DNA of 36,046 nt, from the NCBI GenBank assembly GCA_964533555.1, contig CAZHMA010000001.1, forward strand, positions 1-36,046, read 5' to 3'. The notes beneath the pieces were generated by a model. The model searched no databases, was not told the origin of the DNA, and worked only from the letters and a program-made list of their open reading frames with translations. Every line of letters begins with the position of its first letter. Positions within the stretch are counted from its first letter, which is position 1. Shown here piece by piece: positions 7,211-15,257 of this stretch. The stretch is from an uncultured Eubacteriales bacterium (GTDB lineage: Bacteria; Actinomycetota; Coriobacteriia; Anaerosomatales; PALSA-660). Position numbers and translations under genes: made by a program.

Positions 7211-9634
7211 CTACTTCGAGCCCTTGCGTCCGCGCGCGGGCGCCTTGGCCGCGGCTCGGCCCTTGCCCGCCTTGCCGCTCGCCTTGCCGGTCTTGCTCCC
7301 CCGGCCGTATCCGTTCGTGCGCGGCGGCTTCGCCGGGCACTCCGGGTCCACGCAGATGCGCCAAGGGCCCTTCTTCGTGTGGACCACGATCTTGGGCGCC
7401 CCACACGCCTCGCAGATCTCGCCCGTCGCCTCGATCTCCCCCGATTGAGGCAGCGGGTAGGACACGGGATGCGTCTTCGCGTCGTAGTTGTCGCAGCGGA
7501 TGTAGCGGCTCCCTACCTGAGAATACATCACTTTCAGGTCGCCGCCGCACTCCTTGCACGTGCCGACGGTGAGCTCCGGCCCCTTCTTGGTGGGGCAGTC
7601 GATGCTCAGGCACATGGGCCGCGGACGCTTCTTGAACTGGATGACCTTGACCTGCGGCGTGCCGCACACCGGGCACAGCTCGTCCATCGCCTCGAACTTC
7701 GCGTTCTTCGGCAGAGGATAGGTCTGCGGGCAGTCCGGGTAGCCCGTGCAGCCCACGAAGTAGCTGCGGTTCTGGGGCGAGAACTTGATGGCCAGGTCGT
7801 GGCCGGAGACCGGGCAGATGCCCACCTTGGCGTCCTCGTCGGTGGCGGTCTTGCGCGTCTCGCCCACCTCGTCGGCAAGCGGCAGCAGCGTGCCGATGAT
7901 GCTCGCCAGAAGGTCCCGCGAGTGCTGGACGACCTGCTCGCGCGTGGCCTTGGACTCCGCGATGGCGTCCATCTCGGCGTCGAGCTCGCTCGTCATCCCC
8001 GGCGTCGTGATGCGCTCCGCATAGCTGGCCAGCGCGCCGACGACGGTGATGCCCTTGCAGGTCGGCTCGATGGGCTCGCCGGTGACGTACTTGCGGTCCG
8101 CGAGCGTCTGGATGATGTCGTGGCGTGTCGCCTTCGTGCCGAGGCCGAGGCGCTCCATCTCCTGGATGAGCTTGCCCGCCGAATAGCGCGCGGGCGGCTG
8201 GGTCTGCTTGGCGTCCATGGCCGCGCCCAGGAAGTCGACGCTGTCGCCCTGCGCCAGCGGCGGCAGATGCTCGTCCTTCTTGAGCCCGTACGGGTAGACG
8301 GCGCGGAACCCCGGCACGTCCACGACGTCGCCCTTCGCGACGAACCGCTCGCCGTTGACGTCGATGTCCACGCGCGTCGCCTCGATGAAGGCGGGCCCCG
8401 AGAGCGTCGCCAGGAACCGGCGCGACACGAGGTTGTAGATCTTCCACGCCTGACCGTCGAGCTTGTCCGGGTCCCCGGCGCCCGTCGGGTGGATCGGCGG
8501 GTGGTCGGTGGTCTCCTTCGGCCCGCGGGTCGGCGTGAGCTTGCCGGCGGCGATGCGCTTCGCATGCTCGGAATAGGCGGGCACCTGCGCGAGGACCTTG
8601 AGGATGGCCTTCAGGTCGAGCGACGGCGGATACACGGTGTTGTCCACGCGCGGGTACGAGATGTAGCCGCTCATGTAGAGCGACTCGGCCACCTGCATCG
8701 TGCGCGCCGGCGAAAGCCCCTCGTTGGCCGCCGCGGCCATGAGCGACGTGGTGTTGAACGGGACGGGCGGATCGACCTTGCGCCGCGTCTCCTTGATCTC
8801 GGTCACGGTGCCGGACGTCGCGCCCTGCACCGCCGCCACGGCCGCGGCTGCCGCCGTCTCCGACGTGAACCGGTCGGTCCCGTGCCCGGCGCTGAACTCC
8901 TCGCCGCCGCTGGCGAAGCTGCCCTTGACCACCCAGTAGTCCTCGGGCACGAAGCGGTCGCGTTCGGCCTCGCGGTCCACGATCAGCTTCAGCGTGGGCG
9001 TCTGCACGCGGCCGGCCGACAGCACGTCGCCGAAGGGCTTGCGGGTCTTGGTCTGGTGGGCCAGCGTGAGGTAGCGCGTGAGGGTGGCGCCCCAGACCAG
9101 GTCGATGTCCTGACGGGACTCCCCTGCCTGGGCGAGCGCCTCGGAGATCTCGCTCGGCTCGGCGAACGCGCGCTCGATCTCGCCCTTGGTGATGGCCGAG
9201 AAGCGCACCCGCGTGACGGGGACGTTCTGATTCGCCGATCGGACGATGTCGCGCGCATCGGCGCCGATGAGCTCGCCCTCGCGGTCGAAGTCGGTGGCGA
9301 TGATGACGTCGTCGGCCTTCTTTGCCAGGCTCTTGAGCGACTGGATGATGCCCTTCTCGGCGGGCAGCTTCTCGATGGGAGCGCCCACGAGGGTCGGCAG
9401 GGACGCCAGCGACCACTTCTTGAGGTCGACCTCCGCGCCGTCCACGGTGACGCTCTCGGGGAAGTCGACCGCCATGATGTGGCCCTTGAGGCCGATGGAG
9501 ACCCACTCCTCGCCGTCACGGCGGAAGGTGTACACCGGCGTGGTGTAGACCTTGCTCGCGGTGGACTTGCCCACGGCGAGGATCTCGGCGATACGCTTCG
9601 CGGCTATGTTCTTCTCGGAGACGATCAAACGCAC
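7211..9634 (-). CDS. topA: DNA topoisomerase I
   Basis: TOPRIM N-terminus MRLIVSEKNIAAKRIAEIL, acidic TDFDREGE, and the active-site Tyr region YMSGYISYPRVDN. The C-terminus has four Cys4 zinc ribbons and a Lys/Gly/Ala-rich tail. Confidence 0.93.
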   Translation of the reverse strand: MRLIVSEKNIAAKRIAEILAVGKSTASKVYTTPVYTFRRDGEEWVSIGLKGHIMAVDFPESVTVDGAEVDLKKWSLASLPTLVGAPIEKLPAEKGIIQSLKSLAKKADDVIIATDFDREGELIGADARDIVRSANQNVPVTRVRFSAITKGEIERAFAEPSEISEALAQAGESRQDIDLVWGATLTRYLTLAHQTKTRKPFGDVLSAGRVQTPTLKLIVDREAERDRFVPEDYWVVKGSFASGGEEFSAGHGTDRFTSETAAAAAVAAVQGATSGTVTEIKETRRKVDPPVPFNTTSLMAAAANEGLSPARTMQVAESLYMSGYISYPRVDNTVYPPSLDLKAILKVLAQVPAYSEHAKRIAAGKLTPTRGPKETTDHPPIHPTGAGDPDKLDGQAWKIYNLVSRRFLATLSGPAFIEATRVDIDVNGERFVAKGDVVDVPGFRAVYPYGLKKDEHLPPLAQGDSVDFLGAAMDAKQTQPPARYSAGKLIQEMERLGLGTKATRHDIIQTLADRKYVTGEPIEPTCKGITVVGALASYAERITTPGMTSELDAEMDAIAESKATREQVVQHSRDLLASIIGTLLPLADEVGETRKTATDEDAKVGICPVSGHDLAIKFSPQNRSYFVGCTGYPDCPQTYPLPKNAKFEAMDELCPVCGTPQVKVIQFKKRPRPMCLSIDCPTKKGPELTVGTCKECGGDLKVMYSQVGSRYIRCDNYDAKTHPVSYPLPQSGEIEATGEICEACGAPKIVVHTKKGPWRICVDPECPAKPPRTNGYGRGSKTGKASGKAGKGRAAAKAPARGRKGSK

Positions 9635-9665
9635 GCCGGCACGGCCTTCCTTGGATTGGGCAGCG

Positions 9666-10217
9666 TCAGAACCCGAGTTCCGACGCTCGCCCCTGCATGG
9701 CGGCCAATGATAGCGCGAGAAACTCGTCTCTCGTCAAACCCATCTCTGAACAGGTGTCCATCTGCTCCCGGCTGGCTCCTCGAGCGAAGGCCTTCTCCTT
9801 CCACCGCTTCAGGAGGCTGCGCACCTCCACCGCGGCGAGGTCCTTGTCGGGCCGCCCCAGCGCCGCGGCCACCACGAACCCGGTGGTCGGATCCGCCGCG
9901 TACAACGCCTTGTCCATGAGCGTCTCGCGCTCGACCTTGTCCGCATGCCCGAGGATCGCGTGGACGATCTCGTCGTCGACCCGCCCGGCAAGCGCCTCCG
10001 CCGTCAGCAGCCCGTGCCGCGCCGGGTCCTCCGCGGTCTCCGCGTAGTCCAGGTCATGCAGCAGCCCCGCCAACGCCCACCGCGCAACGTCCTCCTCCGG
10101 GAGTCCGAACCGCTTCGCGAGAGCCTCCATGATCACTTCCACAGCGACCGAGTGGTTCACCAAGTTCGCCTGCGGGATCCGCTCGGCAACGAGCGCGAAC
10201 GCCTCTGCCCGGTCCAT
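9666..10217 (-). CDS. HD-domain phosphohydrolase
   Basis: NHSVAVE....AGLLHDLDY is an H...HD metal motif, followed by ILGHAD. The ATG at 10217 is an internal Met of track ORF 9666..10307, whose GTG start lies inside the hairpin. Confidence 0.8.
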   Translation of the reverse strand: MDRAEAFALVAERIPQANLVNHSVAVEVIMEALAKRFGLPEEDVARWALAGLLHDLDYAETAEDPARHGLLTAEALAGRVDDEIVHAILGHADKVERETLMDKALYAADPTTGFVVAAALGRPDKDLAAVEVRSLLKRWKEKAFARGASREQMDTCSEMGLTRDEFLALSLAAMQGRASELGF

Positions 10218-10234
10218 AGGTTCGTCCTCTCGTA

Positions 10235-10300
10235 GGGATGTCGGGGGCCCCGGAGCATCGACTTTGTGTCTCGGAGATGCGCAGGGGCCCCCGACATCCC
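10235..10300. repeat. 17-bp inverted repeat with a 32-nt partly self-pairing loop
   Basis: The arms are GGGATGTCGGGGGCCCC (10235-10251) and GGGGCCCCCGACATCCC (10284-10300). Inside the loop, GCATC and GATGC pair. It sits between the hypB stop (10317) and the HD gene start (10217). It shares the core GTCGGGGGCCC with the 6391 palindrome. Confidence 0.75.
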
Positions 10301-10316
10301 CGCGCACCGGCGGCGC

Positions 10317-10973
10317 CTAGGCCCGAGCTGCGTCGATCCGCTCGCTCAGCCAATCGGTCCACGCATCCACGCCGTCGCCGGTCTTCGCCGAGATCACGAA
10401 TATGGGCGCGCCCCCGTTGAGCCTGCGGACGGACTCGCGGAACTCCGTCTCGTCGAAGTCGAACACGTGCATCGTGTCGTACTTGTTCAGGATGATGGCG
10501 TCGGCCTGGGCGAAGATCGCCGGATACTTCACCGGCTTGTCATGCCCTTCAGGCACGGAGAGGATCACGATCCGCGCGCCCTGTCCGAGGTCGAACTCCG
10601 TCGGGCACACGAGGTTGCCGACGTTCTCCACGATCACGAGGTCGAGCTCGCCGATGGGCAGGGCGCCCAGCGCGCGGGCGATCATGTCGGCCTCGAGGTG
10701 GCACGCTCCGCCGGTGTTGATCTGCACGGCCGGGATGCCGTGCGCCTTGACCTTCTCGGCGTCGACCTTGCTGGCGATGTCGCCCTCGATGACGGCGATG
10801 CGGTAGCGCTCGCGCAGGCGGTCGATGGTGGCCAGGATCGTCGTGGTCTTGCCCGCGCCGGGAGAGGCCAGGACGTCGAGGGCGAAGACCCCGGACGTCC
10901 CGAGGAGGTTGCGGTTGCGTGCGGCCAGCTCGTCGTTGCGCTGCAGGATCGGCCGCGAGATGTCGATCTCCAC
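10317..10973 (-). CDS. hypB: hydrogenase/urease nickel incorporation GTPase HypB
   Basis: SPGAGKTT P-loop, CHLEA and ENVGNLVCP metal-site motifs, and NKYD. The GTG at 10973 starts one base after the hypA TGA. Confidence 0.9.
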   Translation of the reverse strand: MEIDISRPILQRNDELAARNRNLLGTSGVFALDVLASPGAGKTTTILATIDRLRERYRIAVIEGDIASKVDAEKVKAHGIPAVQINTGGACHLEADMIARALGALPIGELDLVIVENVGNLVCPTEFDLGQGARIVILSVPEGHDKPVKYPAIFAQADAIILNKYDTMHVFDFDETEFRESVRRLNGGAPIFVISAKTGDGVDAWTDWLSERIDAARA

Positions 10974-10974
10974 G

Positions 10975-11361
10975 TCAGGTCTCCATCCCGGCCGAGGCAG
11001 CGGCCGCCACATCGTCGGGCAGGTCGACATCGACGTTGTCGATCCTGAGCTCGTTGCCGGCGATCGCTTCGCACATGAAGTTGCCGCACTTCGGGCACAC
11101 GCGGTCGTACTGGTCGTGCTCGAACTCGGTGCCGCACTCGCCGCAACGGGAGCGCGCGGGGACTTCCACGATCTCCAGGACCGCGCCCTCGACGATGGTC
11201 CCGGGGGTGAGCGTGTCCCACGCGAAGTTCAGCGCGAACGGCATGATGGCCGTGAGCTCGCCGATCGTGATCGTGACGCGGTTCACGCGCACGGCACGCG
11301 ACGTCTCGGCGGCAGATGTGACGGCGGCGAGCACTTCGGCGACGATGCCCATCTCGTGCAT
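10975..11361 (-). CDS. hypA: hydrogenase nickel insertion protein HypA
   Basis: MHE N-terminus (the Ni site) and zinc motifs CGECG...CPKCG. Confidence 0.88.
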   Translation of the reverse strand: MHEMGIVAEVLAAVTSAAETSRAVRVNRVTITIGELTAIMPFALNFAWDTLTPGTIVEGAVLEIVEVPARSRCGECGTEFEHDQYDRVCPKCGNFMCEAIAGNELRIDNVDVDLPDDVAAAASAGMET

Positions 11362-11369
11362 GGTGGCTC

Positions 11370-12134
11370 CTATGCTTCCTCGAGCGCGCCCGCGGCCTCG
11401 CGGGCCTTGATGCGCTTGCGGAGCACGACCCGTACCAGCGCGAGCGACACCTCGTACAAGACGATCATCGCCGCCGACAGCGCCAGCATGGACACCGGCG
11501 AGAAGTCGGGAGTGATGCCTGCCGCGATGATCACGATGGCGACGTAGACGACACGCCAGTTCTCGCGCAGCTTCTCATACGGCACGACGCCGAAGTAGAC
11601 GAGGTAGAACACCACGACCGGCGTCTGGAACGCCAGGCCGAAGCCCAGCAGGAAGAACTCGACGACCGTCAGCATGTCCTCCGCCGTCGGAGTCAGCCGG
11701 ATGAAGTCCCCCGACTGCTGCGCGAGCCACGAGAACGACGCGTTTAGGATCAGCGTGTAGCAGAACACGATGCCGATCACGAAGAGCACGAGCATCGCGA
11801 TGAAGGTCGGTATGACCCACTTGCGCTCCTTTGGCCGCAGCGCCGGGAGCAGGAACGCGAGCGCCTGCCAGATGATGAGCGGGCTGCACACCACGACGGA
11901 CGACCACAGCGACAGGGAGAAGCGCACCATCATCGGCTGCAGCCAGCCCGTGGCGATGGGCTTCTGCCCCTGGAGGATCGGCCACACCGGAGCCACGACG
12001 AAACGGTAGATCGGCTCCGTGAAGAAGTAGGTCACGATCGTGGCCACCAGCAGGACGCCGACGACCAGCATGATCCGCTTGCGGAGCTCGCCGAGGTGGC
12101 TGAGCAGGGGCATCTTTGCGGGACCGATGGGCAT
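11370..12134 (-). CDS. tatC: twin-arginine translocase subunit TatC
   Basis: MPLLSHLGELRKRI start and six hydrophobic segments, with a length typical of TatC. The ATG at 12134 is an internal Met of track ORF 11370..12521. Confidence 0.9.
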   Translation of the reverse strand: MPIGPAKMPLLSHLGELRKRIMLVVGVLLVATIVTYFFTEPIYRFVVAPVWPILQGQKPIATGWLQPMMVRFSLSLWSSVVVCSPLIIWQALAFLLPALRPKERKWVIPTFIAMLVLFVIGIVFCYTLILNASFSWLAQQSGDFIRLTPTAEDMLTVVEFFLLGFGLAFQTPVVVFYLVYFGVVPYEKLRENWRVVYVAIVIIAAGITPDFSPVSMLALSAAMIVLYEVSLALVRVVLRKRIKAREAAGALEEA

Positions 12135-12171
12135 GTTCGCGTCTCGAGGCTTGGACGGCCTTGGGCCGGTC

Positions 12172-12564
12172 CTAGACCTCGTCCTCCTCGTCTTCATCGG
12201 TCGCGAGTGCGGGCGGCTGCTCCGGCGTGCTCGCGGGCACGGGCGCGGGGACCGCGTCCGCCCCTGCCGCGGCGGCTGCCGCAGCGTCCTTCGCCTGCTG
12301 CTCGGCCACCAGGTCCGATACGGCGCCGGCAGCTTGCGAGATGCGGTCGGAGCTCGACTTGCTGTCCGGCTGGCCGGCGTCCTTCGTCCACTCGTCCTTG
12401 TAGATCTCGGCCCGGACGGTGGACTCCATGATGTCCTTGTACTTGTTGAACTCGCGCATGAAGCGGCCGATGGTGCGCGCGATCTGCGGCACCTTGTCCG
12501 GGCCGAACAGCAGCAGCGCAACGACGCCTATGAGAAGCAGTTCGGTGCCGCCCAGTGAGAACAC
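12172..12564 (-). CDS. tatA: twin-arginine translocase TatA/TatB family protein
   Basis: MFSLGGTELLLIGVVALLLFGPDKVPQIARTIG is the TM-hinge-amphipathic helix signature. The tail is long and acidic. Confidence 0.85.
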   Translation of the reverse strand: MFSLGGTELLLIGVVALLLFGPDKVPQIARTIGRFMREFNKYKDIMESTVRAEIYKDEWTKDAGQPDSKSSSDRISQAAGAVSDLVAEQQAKDAAAAAAAGADAVPAPVPASTPEQPPALATDEDEEDEV

Positions 12565-12565
12565 C

Positions 12566-12901
12566 CTAGACCGCCTGCGCCTCTCCGAGCGTCGCGACGA
12601 TGTGGAAGACCTTGTCGAGCCCGGTGATGCGGAAGATCTTCAGCACCTGCTCGCGGTCGCATACCACGCGAAGGTCGTCTCCCCGCTCCTTCATGCGGCG
12701 CAGGGCGCCGACGAGGACGCCCAGGCCGGACGAGTCGATGAACCCCACTCCGTCGAGCACGATGATCAGCCGGTCGCAGCCGCCGTCGATGGCCTCGACG
12801 AGCCTGGCCTTGAGCGCCGGCGACGTGTAGACGTCGACCTCACCGGCGACGGTCACGAGACACGCACCGCCGTCGCGCTCGGTCTTGATGTCGAGTTCCA
12901 T
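12566..12901 (-). CDS. STAS-domain anti-sigma factor antagonist
   Basis: GEVDVYTSPALK...LDGVGFIDSSGLGVLVG is SpoIIAA-like, with a phosphorylatable Ser in DSSG. The ATG at 12901 has GGAGG 7 nt upstream. The track starts one codon earlier at a TTG. Confidence 0.85.
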   Translation of the reverse strand: MELDIKTERDGGACLVTVAGEVDVYTSPALKARLVEAIDGGCDRLIIVLDGVGFIDSSGLGVLVGALRRMKERGDDLRVVCDREQVLKIFRITGLDKVFHIVATLGEAQAV

Positions 12902-13077
12902 CAACGATCCTCCTTCACCGCGATCCCGCCGGAGGCGGGGCGTTCATTGTAGCGCCGCACGCCACCGATGCGTCGAACGTGAGACGCGCACCATTGTATC
13001 AGCAGCCCGCGATGCGACGGCGTGTACGCCAATGGGTAGATACTGAGACGTCATTCCCATGAGCAACGGAGCTGCGC

Positions 13078-13437
13078 ATGGCTGTATCCATCGAACTCGA
13101 ACAGGCCGAGTACGTCTGGACGCTCACGGTCGCGGGTGAGCTGGACTACAGCGAGTGTGCGGGCTTCCGAATGCAGATCGATCGTGTGCTCAAGGCGATG
13201 CCGCCGGGCGCGATCGTCGACATGTCGGGCATCGAGTACCTGGACAGTTCGGGACTCGGTCTTCTGCTGAGCCTGTCCCGCGAGTATGGCGCCCATGGGG
13301 GCCGCCTCGTCCTCATCACCAACGCGACGGTGGACAGCATCCTGGATCTGACCCGGCTGACCGGGATCTTCTCCATCGCCTCGGACCGCGCCCAAGCGCT
13401 CGAGCTCCTAGAGGACATCGCGCACGCCGCGCACTGA
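13078..13437 (+). CDS. STAS-domain anti-sigma factor antagonist
   Basis: GELDYSECAGFR...MSGIEYLDSSGLGLLLS. GGAG lies 8 nt before the ATG. This is the only convincing plus-strand gene in the window. Confidence 0.85.
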   Translation: MAVSIELEQAEYVWTLTVAGELDYSECAGFRMQIDRVLKAMPPGAIVDMSGIEYLDSSGLGLLLSLSREYGAHGGRLVLITNATVDSILDLTRLTGIFSIASDRAQALELLEDIAHAAH

Positions 13438-13467
13438 GTCCCCGGGCCCGCGCCGCGTCCCCGTCAC

Positions 13468-13499
13468 AGAAGAGGCCCCTCGGCGAGGGGCCTCTTCTT
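13468..13499. terminator. bidirectional intrinsic-terminator-like hairpin
   Basis: AGAAGAGGCCCCTC-GGCG-GAGGGGCCTCTTCT is a 14-bp stem with a 4-nt loop and T/C-rich flanks. It lies between the convergent genes ending at 13437 (+) and 13538 (-). Confidence 0.6.
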
Positions 13500-13537
13500 C
13501 TGCCGCGCCATCGCAGGTTCTACCCTGCAGGTGAGCG

Positions 13538-14230
13538 CTACGGGGTCGTGGTGGTGGTCTGCGCGGGCTGGGCCTTGAGCGACGCGATGCGCGTCTTGGC
13601 CTCGGCCACGAGCTCGCCGGTCGGAGCGAGCTTGATGTAGGCCTCGTACTCCGCGATGGCCTTCACGTTGTCGTTCGAGAACGAGTAGAAGACGCCCATG
13701 TTGAAGTGCACCGGAGCGAACGTGGGGTCGGCCTTGACCACGGCCTGCGCGGTGGCAAGGGCGCCCGCCGTGTCGTTCGAGTAGAACTGCGCGATGGACA
13801 TGTCGGTGGCCACGTTGGAATCGCCCGGCTTGATGGCGAGCGCGCGCTTGTAGAAGTCCACCGCGAGCAGCCACAGCGGCCGGTCGGCGCCACTGGCGCC
13901 CTTGTCCGCCTGCGCGATCGTGCCGGCCCAGTCGTGGTAGGCCTGCGCCTGCTTGACGAGCAGGTCGTAGTTGTCCGGGGTCTTCGCGATCTCGAGGTCG
14001 TTCGCCTTCGTCTCGGCGCTGTACCGGGCGTTGGCGGCCGCGATGGTGCCCGATGCGTCCGTGCTGCCGGTCTGGCCGGTCGTCGTGCTGGTCGCGGGCG
14101 CCGTCGGGTTCAGGATCGCCTCGAGCAGCGGCACGATCGCCGTGCCGGCGATGCCGAGGACGAGCATGATCGCGAAGAAGATGATGACGCCTTTCACGAA
14201 GGGCGACGTGCGGCTCTTGTCGATTGCCAT
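13538..14230 (-). CDS. membrane-anchored TPR-repeat protein
   Basis: One N-terminal TM segment (VKGVIIFFAIMLVLGIAGTAIVPLL) is followed by TPR-like helices (YHDWAG..., FYKRALAIKPGD, GVFYSFSNDNVKAIAEYEAYIKLAP). The ATG at 14230 is in frame within track ORF 13538..15223. Confidence 0.7.
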   Translation of the reverse strand: MAIDKSRTSPFVKGVIIFFAIMLVLGIAGTAIVPLLEAILNPTAPATSTTTGQTGSTDASGTIAAANARYSAETKANDLEIAKTPDNYDLLVKQAQAYHDWAGTIAQADKGASGADRPLWLLAVDFYKRALAIKPGDSNVATDMSIAQFYSNDTAGALATAQAVVKADPTFAPVHFNMGVFYSFSNDNVKAIAEYEAYIKLAPTGELVAEAKTRIASLKAQPAQTTTTTP

Positions 14231-14313
14231 CAGACGGTCTCCAGTATCTCGATGCGCAGCTGCGCCCGGGTGCGCCAGGTCGAGCGGGCGGACTCGGGCG
14301 GACGCGACTGTCG

Positions 14314-14727
14314 CTACGGTGTGGTGGTGCTCGTCGCGCCGCCGGTGTTGACGGGGACGTGGCCGGCGGGCAGACCCTGGTTCAGCTGGTCGGGCGAGAG
14401 CGGGCCGGGCTGCGCGCCGGTGCCGGCCCCGGTCGCCGCGGGCACGGTGGCCGCGGGCACGTCGGCCGTCGTGGCGGGCGCCGCCATCGACTGGCCGAGG
14501 AAGAAGCCCAGGATGACGCCGATGAGCAGTGCGATGACCATGAGCAGCGCTGCCACGGTCATGGTGAGGTTCTGGTCGAAGAACGAAGGTGCGGCCGGCG
14601 CGGCAGCCGTGACCGCGGGCGCCTTTGCGGGGGCCTTCGGGGTCTTGACGCCCGAGTCCTTCGTGGCAGCCTTGGCCGGGGCCTTGGCCGAGTCGTCCTC
14701 GTCGAAGAAGAAGTCCTGGTCGCTCAC
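14314..14727 (-). CDS. hypothetical single-pass membrane protein with a Lys/Ala/Pro-rich N-terminus
   Basis: The GTG at 14727 has GGAGG 10 nt upstream. The product is VSDQDFFFDEDD..AKAPAKAATK.., then a TM segment (TVAALLMVIALLIGVILGFFLG), then a Thr/Ala/Pro-rich tail. I recognise no family. Confidence 0.5.
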   Translation of the reverse strand: MSDQDFFFDEDDSAKAPAKAATKDSGVKTPKAPAKAPAVTAAAPAAPSFFDQNLTMTVAALLMVIALLIGVILGFFLGQSMAAPATTADVPAATVPAATGAGTGAQPGPLSPDQLNQGLPAGHVPVNTGGATSTTTP

Positions 14728-14787
14728 GTGTGTCCCTACCTCCAGTGGTTCCCCGCCGGGCGGCGGGTCGTGTGTCATCGGGCGGTG

Positions 14788-15243
14788 CTAATCCGCCCGG
14801 GATGGACGAGCGCGCACCATGATAGCACGCACCTTCGGCCTGAATCGGTCGGACGAGAGCACCTTGCGGGCCCTCGATCGCATCCCCAGCATCCCGCCCG
14901 CAACGCCGATGATGCCGAGCGCGGCGCCGGTCAGATCCGCGTCCCAACCGGCCAGACGGCCGACCGTGTAGCCGATCAGGTAGCCCACGAGAAGCGCTGC
15001 GACCGGCAGGATGTAGGCGTACATGCCCGCCCTGAGGTCGGTGCCCGCGGGGATCTCCACCTCGACCTGGTCGCCCTCTTGCGCGCCGATGTCGTTGCCC
15101 ACGTCCGTGATGACCATGCCGTCCTTGTCGACCTTGGAGCAGTGGCTGCAGTTGGCGCAGGCATCGGTGCGCCTGACGCGGACGTCGACCGAACCCGGGC
15201 CGACGCCGACCACTTCGCCACACTCGATGAGATCTTGCTCCAT
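14788..15243 (-). CDS. RseC/MucC-like (SoxR-reducing system) membrane protein
   Basis: MEQDLIECGEVVGV...ACANCSHCS is the N-terminal Cys cluster, followed by two TM helices (MYAYILPVAALLVGYLIGY and GAALGIIGVAGGMLG). The ATG at 15243 is in frame within track ORF 14788..16377. Confidence 0.65.
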   Translation of the reverse strand: MEQDLIECGEVVGVGPGSVDVRVRRTDACANCSHCSKVDKDGMVITDVGNDIGAQEGDQVEVEIPAGTDLRAGMYAYILPVAALLVGYLIGYTVGRLAGWDADLTGAALGIIGVAGGMLGMRSRARKVLSSDRFRPKVRAIMVRARPSRAD

Positions 15244-15257
15244 GCCGGCTCCGGACC

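Noticed and set aside
7199-9919. 906-aa plus-strand ORF
   Set aside because: It is antisense to the well-supported topA and HD genes. Its Arg/Gly/Ala/Leu-rich low-complexity translation has no motif. This is the typical stop-codon-poor antisense frame of high-GC DNA.
14231-15223. N-terminal extension of track ORF 13538..15223. The same issue affects 14788..16377, 16629..18599, 19715..21220, 11370..12521, 19272..20525 and 34185..35561.
   Set aside because: The extensions read through the upstream genes in a wrong frame and are Arg/Gly/Pro-rich. Internal Met/GTG starts with an RBS or with ATGA/TGATG junctions give proteins that begin where the family N-termini are expected.
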